Of a DNA stretch of 64,000 bases, positions 33,029 to 44,893 are shown one piece after another. The position numbers and the translations under genes are program-made. Location: positions 199,775-263,774 of the forward strand of contig JBNGIO010006185.1 of assembly GCA_049999805.1 (NCBI GenBank), in the 5' to 3' direction. Position 1 is the first letter of the stretch. Every line of letters begins with the position of its first letter. Source of the stretch: Folioceros fuciformis (taxonomy: Eukaryota). The notes under the pieces were generated by a model, which searched no databases, was not told where the DNA came from, and saw nothing but the letters and a program-made list of their open reading frames with translations.

Positions 33029-35605
33029 CAGCCAAACCCTCTAATTGGGACGGGACCCCTATAAATGGGACGCCCGAACTCACTCCCTTGAATGTGTTAC
33101 GTTAAATGGGAAGCCTCTTTAATTTGTAAATGTGCTACGTTAAATAGAAATTTTTTAATTTATAAATGAAAATATATTTTCCAAACATTTAATGTAAGTA
33201 TATCTTTATAAAAAAAAGAAAATATATATTTTAAAATAAAAAATTAAGAAAATTATTTTATTGAGATTAAATCATAAGTTATTGAGATTATATCAAGTTA
33301 AAGGCTATCGAGATTATATCATAAAACATAGACCGTCATCGAGATTGGGCCTATATATGTAGTAGTTCTGTACACTATAAAACATAGACCGTCATCGAGA
33401 TTGGGCCTATATATGTAATAGTTCTGTACACTATGCTTTGTGATCAGAAGTATTTCCTAGTACATAAGTTGTTTCATTACAAGTTGTCTTTATGGTATTG
33501 TGAGTTGTGTTATGGTGTTGTAAGTTGTTATGTTGCTATGAAATATTTGGTATGTGTTCCTTTCCCATTCTCTTTGACGTGGAGGAACAATGCTGCCTTA
33601 GCCACCGCGCAAGCATGCTACCTTAACAAAGTAATAAAAGAAAGAGGTTTGCAAATATTATGTCCAACACTCTTGCACACTTNNNNNNNNNNNNNNNNNN
33701 NNNNNNNNNNNNNNNNNNNNNNNNNNNNNNNNNNNNNNNNNNNNNNNNNNNNNNNNNNNNNNNNNNNNNNNNNNNNNNNNNNTATACACTATGCTTTGTG
33801 ATCAGAAGAATTGTTCCTAGTACATAAGTTGTTTCATTGTACAAGTTGTGTTATGGTGTTGTAAGTTGTGTTGTTTTGTGATCAGAAGAATTGTTCTTCG
33901 TACATAAGTTGTTTCATTGTACAAGTTGTGTTATGGTGTTCTGAGTTGTTGTCTTGCTGTGAGATATTTTGTACGTGTTCCTTACCCATTCTCTTTGACG
34001 TGTAGGAACAATGCCGCCCAAGCTGCCGCGCAAGCATGCTACTCTAACAAAGCAACAAAAGAAAGAGGTTTGCGAATATTATGTCCAACAATCTTGTACA
34101 CTTAAGAAGTTGACTAAATGGACAACAGAGAAGTTTTCAATAGCAGCTTCTAAAAGTACATTATCTAGGATTGTGAATGACAAAGACAAATGGTTGGACC
34201 CTGCCATTGGTCCAACAACTAATATGGCAGGAATGAGGGATAGACGAGTCGTATGCCCACAAGTTGATCAGGTAGTACACGTTTGGGCTCTTGCAATCCA
34301 AGCTCAAGGTGCCACAATTTAAAATGACTTGCTTCGTGAGATGGCTTCCAAATTCCATGAGAGGATTCTTGAAGATGAGATACCGAAAATGACATACCGT
34401 AGAGGTTGGGTTGCTTGCTGCAAAAAAAGGTATAATTTTAAATCATTTGTCAAATATTGAGAGGCAGGAAGTGTTGACAATACAGGAGCAATGAAGGTAG
34501 CTATTAGAGAGCTGCAACTTCAAGTTCTTGATTATGGAGCTGCAACTGTTGTTAATATGGATGAGACTGGTCTTTTCTTTTGAGCACCGCCGAACAGGAC
34601 ACTTGCAACAATGCATGTTGCTGGACGGTAGCAATTTAAGGACCGATAAACAATTGGACTGACAACAAATGTTGATCGATCTTGCAAGTTGCCACCTTCT
34701 GTGATAAACAAATATCTTAGGCCTCGTGCTTTTTCGTCAGGAATGTTCAAAATCCCGAGAATTGAATATTATCTGGTCTGCAAACCAAAAGGCATGGATG
34801 ACAATAGAGCTATTTGAGAAGTTTTTGTAAGAATTTGATTAGAGGATGGTTGCATTAGGGCGGACTAGAGTGTTACTTATAGTGGATAATTATCCTGGGC
34901 ATCGGTTTGGTGATGTAGCTCAATTGCATGTTACAAATGTGGTTTTCTTTCCACCCAATGTGACAAACGTATATCAACCTTTGGACCAGGGGATCATCCG
35001 TTCTTTCAAGGCTCAGAATCACAAGTTGATGATTTTGTACCAATACAACCAAATCATAGACAATGCAGCTTGATATATTTGGTTGCATTGAGGAGGATGA
35101 AGGATTGGAGACTATGTATATTCCTACAGAGGACAAAATATGACAAGTATTAATGCCATCGCCTGTCAATGAGGAGGGTGAGGAGAATGATACAGCATCA
35201 GTGGAGACCTTAGTGCCAGGACCATGTATGACAAAGGATGCTGTAGATAATGTTATGAAGATAGAGAAGATGTTTTTGGAAGAGATGCCATATAATACTC
35301 TTGATGCTTTCAAGTTGGATTCTCGGCTGGAAAAATATATTGCTAGTCATTAGATGAAAGCAACTCAGTATCAATCAAGGATTGATGATTATTTTAACCC
35401 GGTTGGCAGCTATGGAGTATGAAGGAGCATTTTGGATTTTTTTTAAACTTTTTAGAAGCTTTTAAACTCTTTCCAATTTTTAATTTAAATAATTTTTTTA
35501 TTTTTTAAACATTTTAATTTTCAAAAAAATGAAAATGCCTAAATGGAACCCTCTAAATGGAAGGATTTTTACTACTCCCAATTCCCGATTAGAGGGGTCT
35601 GACTG
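33029..35605 (+). mobile_element. Pogo-like (Tc1/mariner superfamily) DNA transposon with a dead transposase at about 34011-35400
   Basis: TIRs CAGCCAAACCCTCTAATTGGGA and (reverse complement) CAGTCAGACCCCTCTAATCGGGA, flanked by TA on both sides. CENP-B-like HTH (LTKQQKKEVC..STLSRI), NMDETGLF, LIVDNYPGH, QPLDQGIIRSFKA. Many stops. Confidence 0.92.
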
Positions 35606-36381
35606 TAGCTAGTTGTGTGCATCACTGGGAGGCGGCGGGACCGTCTCACACACAAACCAAGAAAAATGACGCACCCGGATGACGTCGTTGACAGGCTTGG
35701 CGCACCACATTCACGTACATATTCCTCATTTTCTAGCAATACCATGATTTTCCGTACAGCGTGTCGGCAAAAGTGCCAGGGAACTGACGGCCTTCCAAAG
35801 GCACCACGATCCAGTAGCCGACACGTGGATCTCTGCTTTCTCCGATGAGGCGCCCACAAAGAGCAACGGTGATCGGCACCGCGACACGAGGCGCCGGTTG
35901 CTTTCCAAAGCTGCAAATTTAGGAGCTCAGTGCTGTTATGTATGTGCAAGAGACGTTTGCTTCTTTCTGGTGTCTTAACGCGTCAAGAACTGTGCTGCAT
36001 TGATGTCTTGTGGTAGAATCGAGGAATTAAATCGTCTGGAACCAGATTGTGAGAAGCGCGGTCGTGGAGAGCTTGCCAGACGAGGATCCGGTGTTGGGCT
36101 GAGTGGCTCGAGGTGCCATCAGCTCTGAGTGATCTTGCGGAGGATGGGACATGCTAGGAGGAGAGACAGAGTTGTTTGGTGGAGACTTGTGTTGCTGTGG
36201 AGGATTTGTCGTCAGGAGAGGAGCACGTTTGCTCTGGACTTCAGGGTCTGTTGATTCCAGAAGCCTCGGGCCATGTCCTGGTTGGGGACTTAGCAGGCAG
36301 GCAGGCAGGCAGGCAGGCAGGGAGGCAGACAGGCAGATTCAAGAAGTCGGGTAAATCCCGTCCTAGCTGAGCTCGACCACC

Positions 36382-39300
36382 ATGTCTGGGCTCTCGGAGC
36401 TCGGCACATCTGCCCTAATCAATGGGTTGACATGTGTGGGATTCCTCGTCACTTTCTCATTCCTCAAGAACCAGCCCATGAACTCTCGAGTCTATTTTCC
36501 GGCCTGGTATCGGAAGGGGCACCGGGTTGGAGAGGCTAGTGCATGTAGTACAAGGTTGCGGAAGTATCTGAATCTTGATGTGAAGAGCTATTTGCATGCC
36601 TTTGATTGGGTGAAAGCGTGCTACCGTATGCCGGAATCTGAGCTCATAGAACATGCTGGCCTTGACGCAGTTGTCTTCCTTCGAGTCTTCGTAGTGGGGT
36701 ATGTGGGTTTTCCGAATTGTGCATGAGCCCGCACTGTGTGTCATTTTCTCGCATGCTAGACCCAGCTTACGTTGATCTTTGGGCAGGTTGAAGATTTTTC
36801 TGCCAGTTGCGTTTTATTGCTTTCTTATCCTTGTGCCCATCAACCACACTGACAACGGGCTTGAGACCTACCGCGCTTCCCACGCTGATTTCGTGTATAC
36901 TGATCTGGACAAGCTGACCATCGCAAATGTAAACGATGGGTCAAGGAGGTTAGTTGTGTTTGTCCGGTGTGATCTGCAGAATGTGCATCGTGCATGAGAA
37001 AGAAGGACATGAAAACTGTCTTGAATCAGTCAGCATTTACCTGTGTCCCGTGCAGGTTGTGGGCGCATCTCATGTCAGCTTACCTTTTCACTGCATGGAC
37101 ATGTCTGGTTCTGTACATAGAGCTTCAAAAAGTAGTAGCACTACGATTCCAGTTTCTGGCTTCACAGCCCCGTCGGCCTGATGAGTTCACTGTAAGCTGT
37201 ACGGGCGGGAAACATGATCACTGCCAAGTGACTAGATGGGATTGTTGTTTGGAAATTGACGAACTGCTTGGTGCAGATTCTTGTCAGACAGGTGCCTAAG
37301 GACAAGGACGAATCTCTGAGTCTTCAAGTGGAGCATTTTTTTAGAGTGAACCATCCTGAACATTACGGTTTCCATCAGGTTTGCCAGATGCACTTTCTGT
37401 TGCTTGATCAGCTTCTACTTGCTGCAGACTTCCTCTCTGCCCTCGCTCAGTTATAACTGGTCCACTATGTGCTACAGGTTGTGTACAATGCTGGGAAATT
37501 GGCTGGCCTGCTGGCTGAGAAAGACAGTAACGAGAATAAGCTAGTCTATCTGGAAGCGAAGTACAGAAAGTCATCGAAAAGACCTACGAGAAGGGTAACT
37601 CTCGGTCTCCCTTTCATTCCCCTGTGCAATGCTCAGTACGCATTTCAGAATTGAGAGCAATGTGTTACGCAACCTTTCTTCGTCAGGCTTGCGTGTGATG
37701 CTAGCCCGTCTTGTGAAGCTAATGCTGAAAAGGCGTATCTGACTTTGCAGATGGGGTTCTTGCATCTTTTTGGGGAGGAAGTGGATCGGATCGACGAGTT
37801 GAAAGCAGAGATCACAAGATTATCTTCTGAGGTACGGTAAACCCACGGAAGACTCATATTTCCAGCCCTCCGACGCAAGTGTTGAATGCGAGAAGTTGTG
37901 GTACAATGCATGCAGATTGCTGAAGAACGGAGGAATGTGCTCCAAAACACCGATCACATCATGCCTGCTGCTTTTGTCACTTTTCTGACACGATGGGGAG
38001 CTGCTGTTTGCGCCCAAACTCAGCAAACTCGTGATGCAACCACATGGCTAACACATTGGGCGCCAGAGCCACGTGACGTGTATTGGCCAAACCTGGCAAT
38101 CCCCTATGTTAGCCTAAGTTCTCGCAAAGTTGGGACGCGGGTTGTTGTATTTTTCGTGGTCGTCTTCTTCATGTTCCCAGTTACCTTTGTTCAGTCAATG
38201 GCCAACTTGGATGGAATCGAGAAGAAGGTGCCATTTCTGAAATTCATCGTCAAGCAGTGAGTGATCTATGCCTCTTACTTTCATACTGGGTGCGTTGCGT
38301 TCAGCTACCGCTTCCTTCACATTCGTTTTGAGCAAGATCCAGCAGGTGCCGGCAGATTGTTAGCCTTCATCTTCCACCAAAACTGATGAGGGGCACTGTG
38401 TGTTGACAGGAAATTCATCAACTCAGTCCTGCAGGGATTTTTGCCTGGCCTTTCGTTGAAGATATTTTTGCTCATCATCCCGTTTATTCTGATGATTCTC
38501 TCAAAGATCGAAGGGCATGTCTCGAGGTCAAAACTGGATCTGAGTACCTCAGGAAAATACTTTCTGGTTATGGTGGTGAATGTGTTCCTCGGTAATGTCA
38601 TCGTTGGAACTGCGTTTCAGCAGCTGAAGCAGTATGTGGAGGCACCACCTGCGTAAGCACAAATCTTGGAACCCTGACGGTCAGTCTCTTACCCTCCTTC
38701 TCCACTTGGTAACGGGTGTTTTCCATCATTGTGCAACAGGATCCCTTCAACTCTGGGAAAGGCGATACCGTCAAAAGCCATCTTTTTCATGACCTACATC
38801 ATGGTGGATGGGTGGTCCAGCTTAGCGGGAGAGCTCCTACGTCTGTTTCCCCTTCTCATCTTCCAAGCAAAGGCTGCCGTCTTCCTCAGAACAGAGAAGG
38901 ACTTGGATGACGCGACCCCAGCAGGCAATGTCTGTTATGAAACAGTGTTTCCACAACTGGGGCTGTACTTTCTGCTTGGATTGGTCTACTCCACAAGTTC
39001 ACCTCTCATTCTGCCATTCCTTATCTTCTTTTTTGCCTTCGGGCATATGACCTACCGGCACCAGGTGCGATGTTAGTCTTTCTCAGCTCCTCTTCAAACT
39101 TGCTTAGCATGTGTCTTCCCTTACCGTACTGACCATGTGTTATGCATAACACACGAACACACAGATCATCAATGTCTACGAGCCGGAGTACGAGACTGCA
39201 GCCTCCTTCTGGCCACATATCCATCATCGCATTATTGCTTCTTTGATCATCATGCAGATCACTCTGGTTGGGCTTTTCTCCATCAAAAAGGCTCCATTGA

Positions 39301-39723
39301 CAACGCCCTTTTTGCTCCCACTACCTTGTATCACTCTTTTGTTCTTTTGGTATTGTCGTAACAAGTTTGAGCCAGCTTTCAGGCGCTATCCTTTACAGGT
39401 CAGTACACCTTGCTTGTGAAGTCCAACTCTACCGCTAAAATTCTGTCCAATGCTCAGCACCCAGATGTGTGAACTCTTTGCAGGAAGCAAAGGTGAAGGA
39501 TACACTTGAGCGCCGTCGTAAACCTCTTCTAGATCCTGCAGTTGATATGGTCGACGCCTACATGGACCCAGCGTTGAAGGCAGCTTGTGATGAAGTAGGC
39601 ATCGACATGAATCACCTCGAGGAAGGAAACGCAGATGGTCCACCATTAGTGCCTATTAGGAAAAGAACACGGACACCTGATGTAAGTCAGGATGCTGACA
39701 CTGAGAGAAAGCAACCATGTTGA
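36382..39723 (+). CDS. OSCA: OSCA/CSC1 (ERD4/TMEM63 family) mechanosensitive cation channel, multi-exon
   Basis: LKNQPMNSRVYFPAWY, ELIEHAGLDAVVFLR, PAAFVTFLTRWGAAVCAQTQQ, WAPEPRDVYWPNL, FFMTYIMVDGW, YRHQ/IINVY. GT-AG introns. Confidence 0.95.
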
Positions 39724-40266
39724 GTTTACATGATTTATGGTTTTTGCTCCGTATCGAGAGGAAATTCCTCGCTCTCGACTCGAGCGCTGAACTCGATCTG
39801 ATAGCGAATTACACAGCGTAACCGAAGGCTCCCTAGGCTGCGACAACCCGGAAGGGAAAGCTGTGTACAAGACAAACGAGAAGGAATCGAGAGAAGGAAC
39901 GAACCGGAGGATCGCATAGCCTGGCGACTCTCTCCAGGGCCGCAAAATCTTCACAGGCAGGGAGTTCACGAGCCGGAGAACAGGAAAAAGTACACACATC
40001 CAAATTTATTTCTGCTTTGCACATACATCATGATGATCAGGCCAGTTAGGGCATTGACAAAATTGCATACAGATGGAGAACCTGGACACGAGTTCTCCGA
40101 GAAGCTTGTTATGAACATGGCTGTTGAAAAAATTGGAAGGGAGAGGAGAGACCGTGTAGCCATCGTCTTCCAGGGGCTGAAGAAAATGGACACGGGCAGA
40201 GAATTCGCCTGCTGAATTTTAAAAGAAGTTTGACAAATACAGAGGAGGAAAGCAAGCCAAGCCATT

Positions 40267-41064
40267 CTAACGAGTGAATCCGACTTTGTCCGCATACTCA
40301 AATTGAGCAGCGAGGCGATCGAGCTGGCCCTTGACACTCATGTCGATGGAAGAGGAGCCGTCCTTCCCGTACTTGATTATGAAGCCTGCAATGAGAGAAG
40401 GATCGATGACGTTCTTCAACCTGACATTCTGAGCTCCGCTGAGAGATTGAATCTTCTTGGCAATAAGAGCTAGCTGGCTGTTTTGAATTTTCACGGCAGA
40501 GGTGACCACGGCGGCCTGAGTGTTTGTGAGCACGTTGTAAAGGACCTCGAACTCCTTGACAATGTCCTTGATGAGACCTATCCTCTTCTTGTCCACCAGG
40601 AGATACAGGAAGCTGAGCGTGTACTGGTTGAAGCGCGCATCCTTGGCCAGCTTCGCAAGCACGTCCTTCTTCTTCTCATCCGGCACCACAGGGCTCACCA
40701 AAAAGTCGAACACCTCAGGATCCTCCAACACAGAGGCCACCTTGTCCACGTCCTCGTTCACCTTGTCCAAAGTGCTGGTAGACTTGGCCAAGTCCGCCAA
40801 AGCACCCGCATAGCCTGCCGCTGCGGAGTCCGCCGCCATGCACACAACAGCACGGTGTCCCGAGCTCTTCCCTCTCGCTACCGGCACCTTGGAAGCCACC
40901 GCATTACGACTACGGCATAGAAAGCCGGCGCGGAGACTTGCCACCGGCCTCGCTCCTACCGAAGCCCGGACAGAAGTCCCGGAACAAGACGCCACAACAT
41001 CCACTCCCTTGGCCGGAGCTACACAAAACCTCCTCGACGCAACAGACTGCAGCAAAGCATCCAT
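40267..41064 (-). CDS. ATPD: Chloroplast ATP synthase delta subunit (nuclear-encoded, transit peptide), intronless
   Basis: SAAAGYAGALADLA, FLYLLVDKKRI, AVVTSAVKI, VRLKNVIDPSLIAGFII, IDMSVKGQL. Confidence 0.95.
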   Translation of the reverse strand: MDALLQSVASRRFCVAPAKGVDVVASCSGTSVRASVGARPVASLRAGFLCRSRNAVASKVPVARGKSSGHRAVVCMAADSAAAGYAGALADLAKSTSTLDKVNEDVDKVASVLEDPEVFDFLVSPVVPDEKKKDVLAKLAKDARFNQYTLSFLYLLVDKKRIGLIKDIVKEFEVLYNVLTNTQAAVVTSAVKIQNSQLALIAKKIQSLSGAQNVRLKNVIDPSLIAGFIIKYGKDGSSSIDMSVKGQLDRLAAQFEYADKVGFTR

Positions 41065-41837
41065 ATCTGCCGCTGCGACGCCGTCCCAACAAGCTAGCGC
41101 CCGAGGCAGACCAGGTCGTCGCAACACCGAGGCGGCTCAGATCCGATCCCTAGCAACGCATATCCAGATCCTCCCCTTCCGGTCCGCAAAATGCAAGCGT
41201 CCGGCTTCGACAATTTTCTCTCAGCTACGGGATACAGCAGGCCTGATCAGGGCGGAGGGAAAGCAAGCGATGGCGGACGTGAGGCAGACAGCGCCGCGGA
41301 TAGGGCCCTGGATCATGCTGGCATGGCGTGCTCTGTGTGGACGGGATAATGCTCTCGGGCAGGCCTCCTCTCCGCTGCCGCCATTTGGCGCTGCTGTCAG
41401 AGCATCAATCGACATTGCGAACTGGGGAGTCTAGAAATGACCTACCCGGAACCGGGACGGCTACCGAAACCGCAGCTAATGTACCCGCTCACGGTTACCG
41501 TAACCCCACCCCGGGCACGGTAACCTGGCCCGAGAGTCGGACCACTACCACACCGCTTCAACCACCACTTCACTTCCCGGTCCACTAGACGCGGATCACC
41601 CGCCGCGCCTGGTACTCTGATCCTGATCGGGACCGTCTTCCCGTCTCTCTCGACAGGACCCTTCGTTCCCCGCGTCGACAGAAACCGGATCGCCGTCGAT
41701 CCCTTCTCCAGCGCCTTCAGTCAAGTCGTCTGTATCAACACCAGTGCTGCTGCATTCAGAGTGAGAGCAGCGGACGTAGTGCCGTCATTCATGTTCCAGC
41801 CCATCCCACAGGACCCAGAGCTGCAAGGGGGAACAGA

Positions 41838-42722
41838 ATGCCTTCAGGCCTCCCGGACCCGCTGGTGGAACTATGCCCGCTCTGCTACACCGTTCTGAAC
41901 GACAAACTATGGGCCACAATGGGGGAATGCAGCCACTCGTACCATCTGAAATGCCTGCTCTCGGCCTTCATCAGCGAGGACGCCCACAACTCCGAGTACG
42001 TAATCTGCCCGGCATGCAGGCTAGCAGTAGTCAGCGGCAGCCCAGCATCCGAACGGCGGCTACGGAAGAAGCTCAACATCGCAGATCCCCCACCAGATCT
42101 TCAGCACATCCACGCGCCTAAATGGAAGCTGAAATCTCAGCAGCAGGCCACAGGACACAGACCCCAGACCTCCGGGCCCGTGCTGCCCCCCCGTCCCCGA
42201 CCCCGGTTCCCCGGCACCGGCTCCAGGCAACGCTTCTTCAAACAGGTGGTGGGCAGCCACAAGGGCGATGGAATGTCCACCAGACTCCCACCGGGCCCGG
42301 TGAAGCTGCAGCCCCGGCCGCCCATCTCGGTATCAGAGCTCATGGGCAGGCCCAGATCCCTCCCACGCAGCATGGGACGCGTCCAAGCGAGCACCCATCC
42401 ACGAACTCTAACCAATTCCCGCTCCCATCTGAGGCACCCGTTTCTCCAGCAAGCAGGCCATGGCCTCGGGCATGGGCTCGGGCATGAGTCCCCATGGGCT
42501 GATCCAGGCCTGGGGAGCGCTGACGAAGAGCCCGCCTGGTCTGATCTCAACTTGTCCACAGAAGCAAGTGCCGGGACAGGCATTACCAGGCCCAGAGTCA
42601 GGCCCCGGAACTTGTTCAAAATCCACCGACCCATCAAGAGGAGAAACTATCTGGCCAGACATGCTGCCATCGTTCGCCGGCAACGAGCCGCAGCCCACTT
42701 CGACTCGTCCCTCGACCCTTAG
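41838..42722 (+). CDS. RING-H2 finger protein with Pro/Arg-rich tail (putative E3 ligase)
   Basis: CPLC-x14-CSHSYHLKC-x17-CPAC at the N-terminus of a 294-aa ORF. Confidence 0.65.
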   Translation: MPSGLPDPLVELCPLCYTVLNDKLWATMGECSHSYHLKCLLSAFISEDAHNSEYVICPACRLAVVSGSPASERRLRKKLNIADPPPDLQHIHAPKWKLKSQQQATGHRPQTSGPVLPPRPRPRFPGTGSRQRFFKQVVGSHKGDGMSTRLPPGPVKLQPRPPISVSELMGRPRSLPRSMGRVQASTHPRTLTNSRSHLRHPFLQQAGHGLGHGLGHESPWADPGLGSADEEPAWSDLNLSTEASAGTGITRPRVRPRNLFKIHRPIKRRNYLARHAAIVRRQRAAAHFDSSLDP

Positions 42723-43381
42723 CCCAAAGCATCCTCTCATCTTCATCAGGCATTGAGTTGTGTTTCACAAACAGAACTTCCTGTATCGCCGCCCATGCCA
42801 CCTCCTTACCAGAAACCCACTCTTTTCCACCTCCTTTTCTTCCCTTCCTTCTGCAGGTGAGCAGTCAAGGATTGTCACACACAGATTGATTGATTTGCAC
42901 AGCCAGGTGAGCAGTCAAGGATTGTCCCACACAGATTGATTGAATTTCTGTGCAAGCACAGCCCATCATCGAATTTTGTGCTTGTTTTCTTTCCATACTT
43001 TGAGGCCATTAGAATGAATTGGAAGCTTTCCACTCACCGCAACACAAAACCATGCGGTTTGAGAAAACCAAGAATCCAACACGTTTTTTTGTAAGAAGAA
43101 ATCTTGAGAACTTAAAGGACTATGTACATGACAAGGCTTGAGTTCATCTTCACCTATTTCAAAAGCTGAGATCTATGGATCATGGACGCTATGTATCATG
43201 AATGACTTTAAGAGAAAAAATATAAAGAAAACCTTTTTATCAAGAGTATTATTTAAAATAAATTATTTTACAATTAAACTGNNNNNNNNNNNNNNNNNNN
43301 NNNNNNNNNNNNNNNNNNNNNNNNNNNNNNNNNNNNNNNNNNNNNNNNNNNNNNNNNNNNNNNNNNNNNNNNNNNNNNNNN

Positions 43382-44261
43382 GGAACGTGAGGGTAAGGAG
43401 GGGGAGGAGGGTGAGGAATGCTGCATCTGCAGGGAGGTGTTGGGGGCCTCGTACTGGACGAGGGCGGAGTCGGCGGGGTGCGGGCATGCGTTCCACGTCG
43501 CCTGCGCTGTGGAGTTCTTCTTCAACCAGGGGTACGTGAGGGAGGACTGCCCGGCGTGCGGGAGGATGGTCTCCCCGCCGGATTTGCCGCCCAGGTTCGA
43601 CTCGTCCTGGATCACCAGCAAGCACAGAGACAGCAAGGAGGTACCCGAGGTGGCGATCCGGTTCCTGCTGCGGTACCAGGCAGCCGTGAGGCCCCAGCCC
43701 GGGGACGGGCGGGTCCTGGTGCCGCTGGACGAGGCACGCGAGAAGTGCGTGGTGTGCGAGGCCGTGCTGGTGGGGAGATTCTGGGTGTGCATCCCCTGCT
43801 GCAGGAGTGGCGTCCATGTGAACTGCCTGGTGGTGTGGTTCCTTCAGTGCGGGCCTCGGGGGATGGTGTGCCCCGAGCCCCATTGTGGGGCGTCGGCGGT
43901 CCACCCGCCAGAGGGTTGCGAGGTGGAGGCAGAGGACATGCTGAACCCCATCGCCAGCGCCCACGAGCTGCATCCTGGAGCGGCGTGGCTCGCCCTGTCG
44001 CACCTGCGGCAGCCTGTGCCGCCTCATGATCCTGATGTGCGGGCGCTTGTGATGGGGCCGGGGATCTCGGCCCCGTTCTGGCTGCCGGCACAAGAACGAG
44101 GTCCTGGTGTCCGCATCGAGGCGGAAGCCACCGAGCGTGGCGAGAATATTCCTCCCTCCTTGTCCCACAAGCTGCCGCCTTCCAAGGATGCCGCGGAGAG
44201 CTCCTCGGCAGGTGCCGCTCGAGATCGGCCTTGCTCCAAGAGACAACGCGTTTCAGTTTGA
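43382..44261 (+). CDS. Double RING-like protein; 5' end lost in the N-gap
   Basis: CCIC..CGHAFHVAC..CPAC (RING-H2), followed by CVVC..CC..HVNC..CPEPHC. Confidence 0.65.
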
Positions 44262-44893
44262 CACACGGCTAACTGCTTTCCTTCGCCGCGTGAACGCGGC
44301 TTCCAACTGCCGTCCAACTGCCAACTTGTGAATTGAATCGGTGTTGGGTGTCTTCGAAGACAGCCAGGACCAAGCACATCGATGCAGAGAACTGCTCACC
44401 CATCCACTCACGGCCTACAACAAGCTGAAAGCAGGAAACAACCTACATGCTTTCGAGGTGGTTGAGAGGCATGGGAAGCAACAGACAGCCGTTTTGAAGG
44501 AGACCAGCAGGAAGCGCCATGGCGTCAAAGGCATCACACTTGGTTCGAGGTTGATCCTCATTCGGACTTGCATTTCTTTGTAGTCTTGTGGAAGTGACGA
44601 CTTTGTGGAGTACAGTACAAGACAATACGGCCTCTGTGCTGTAAAGGTTGATTGTGAATCTCTGTAATCCGAATCTTCGATCATGTTGAAAACAAGTAGA
44701 AGGAAAGATCCGGACACAAACAACTCTGACACGGAGTTCAAGGACAGCACTGCATGCTACCTCCTCTTGCCATAGTTCGAGGCTGGACTGGCCCCGTTTT
44801 ATCCAGAGGGCCCGGGTTCAAGCTAGTCTGCATTACATCCTGCTTCCGCTCCACTACAGCAAGCAGAAGTTTCAGCTTCACGACAAGCTGGTC

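Noticed and set aside
33426-34105. Duplication of the transposase 5' region across the N-gap
   Set aside because: It flanks a 100-N scaffold gap and could be a haplotype or assembly artefact, so it cannot be supported as biological.
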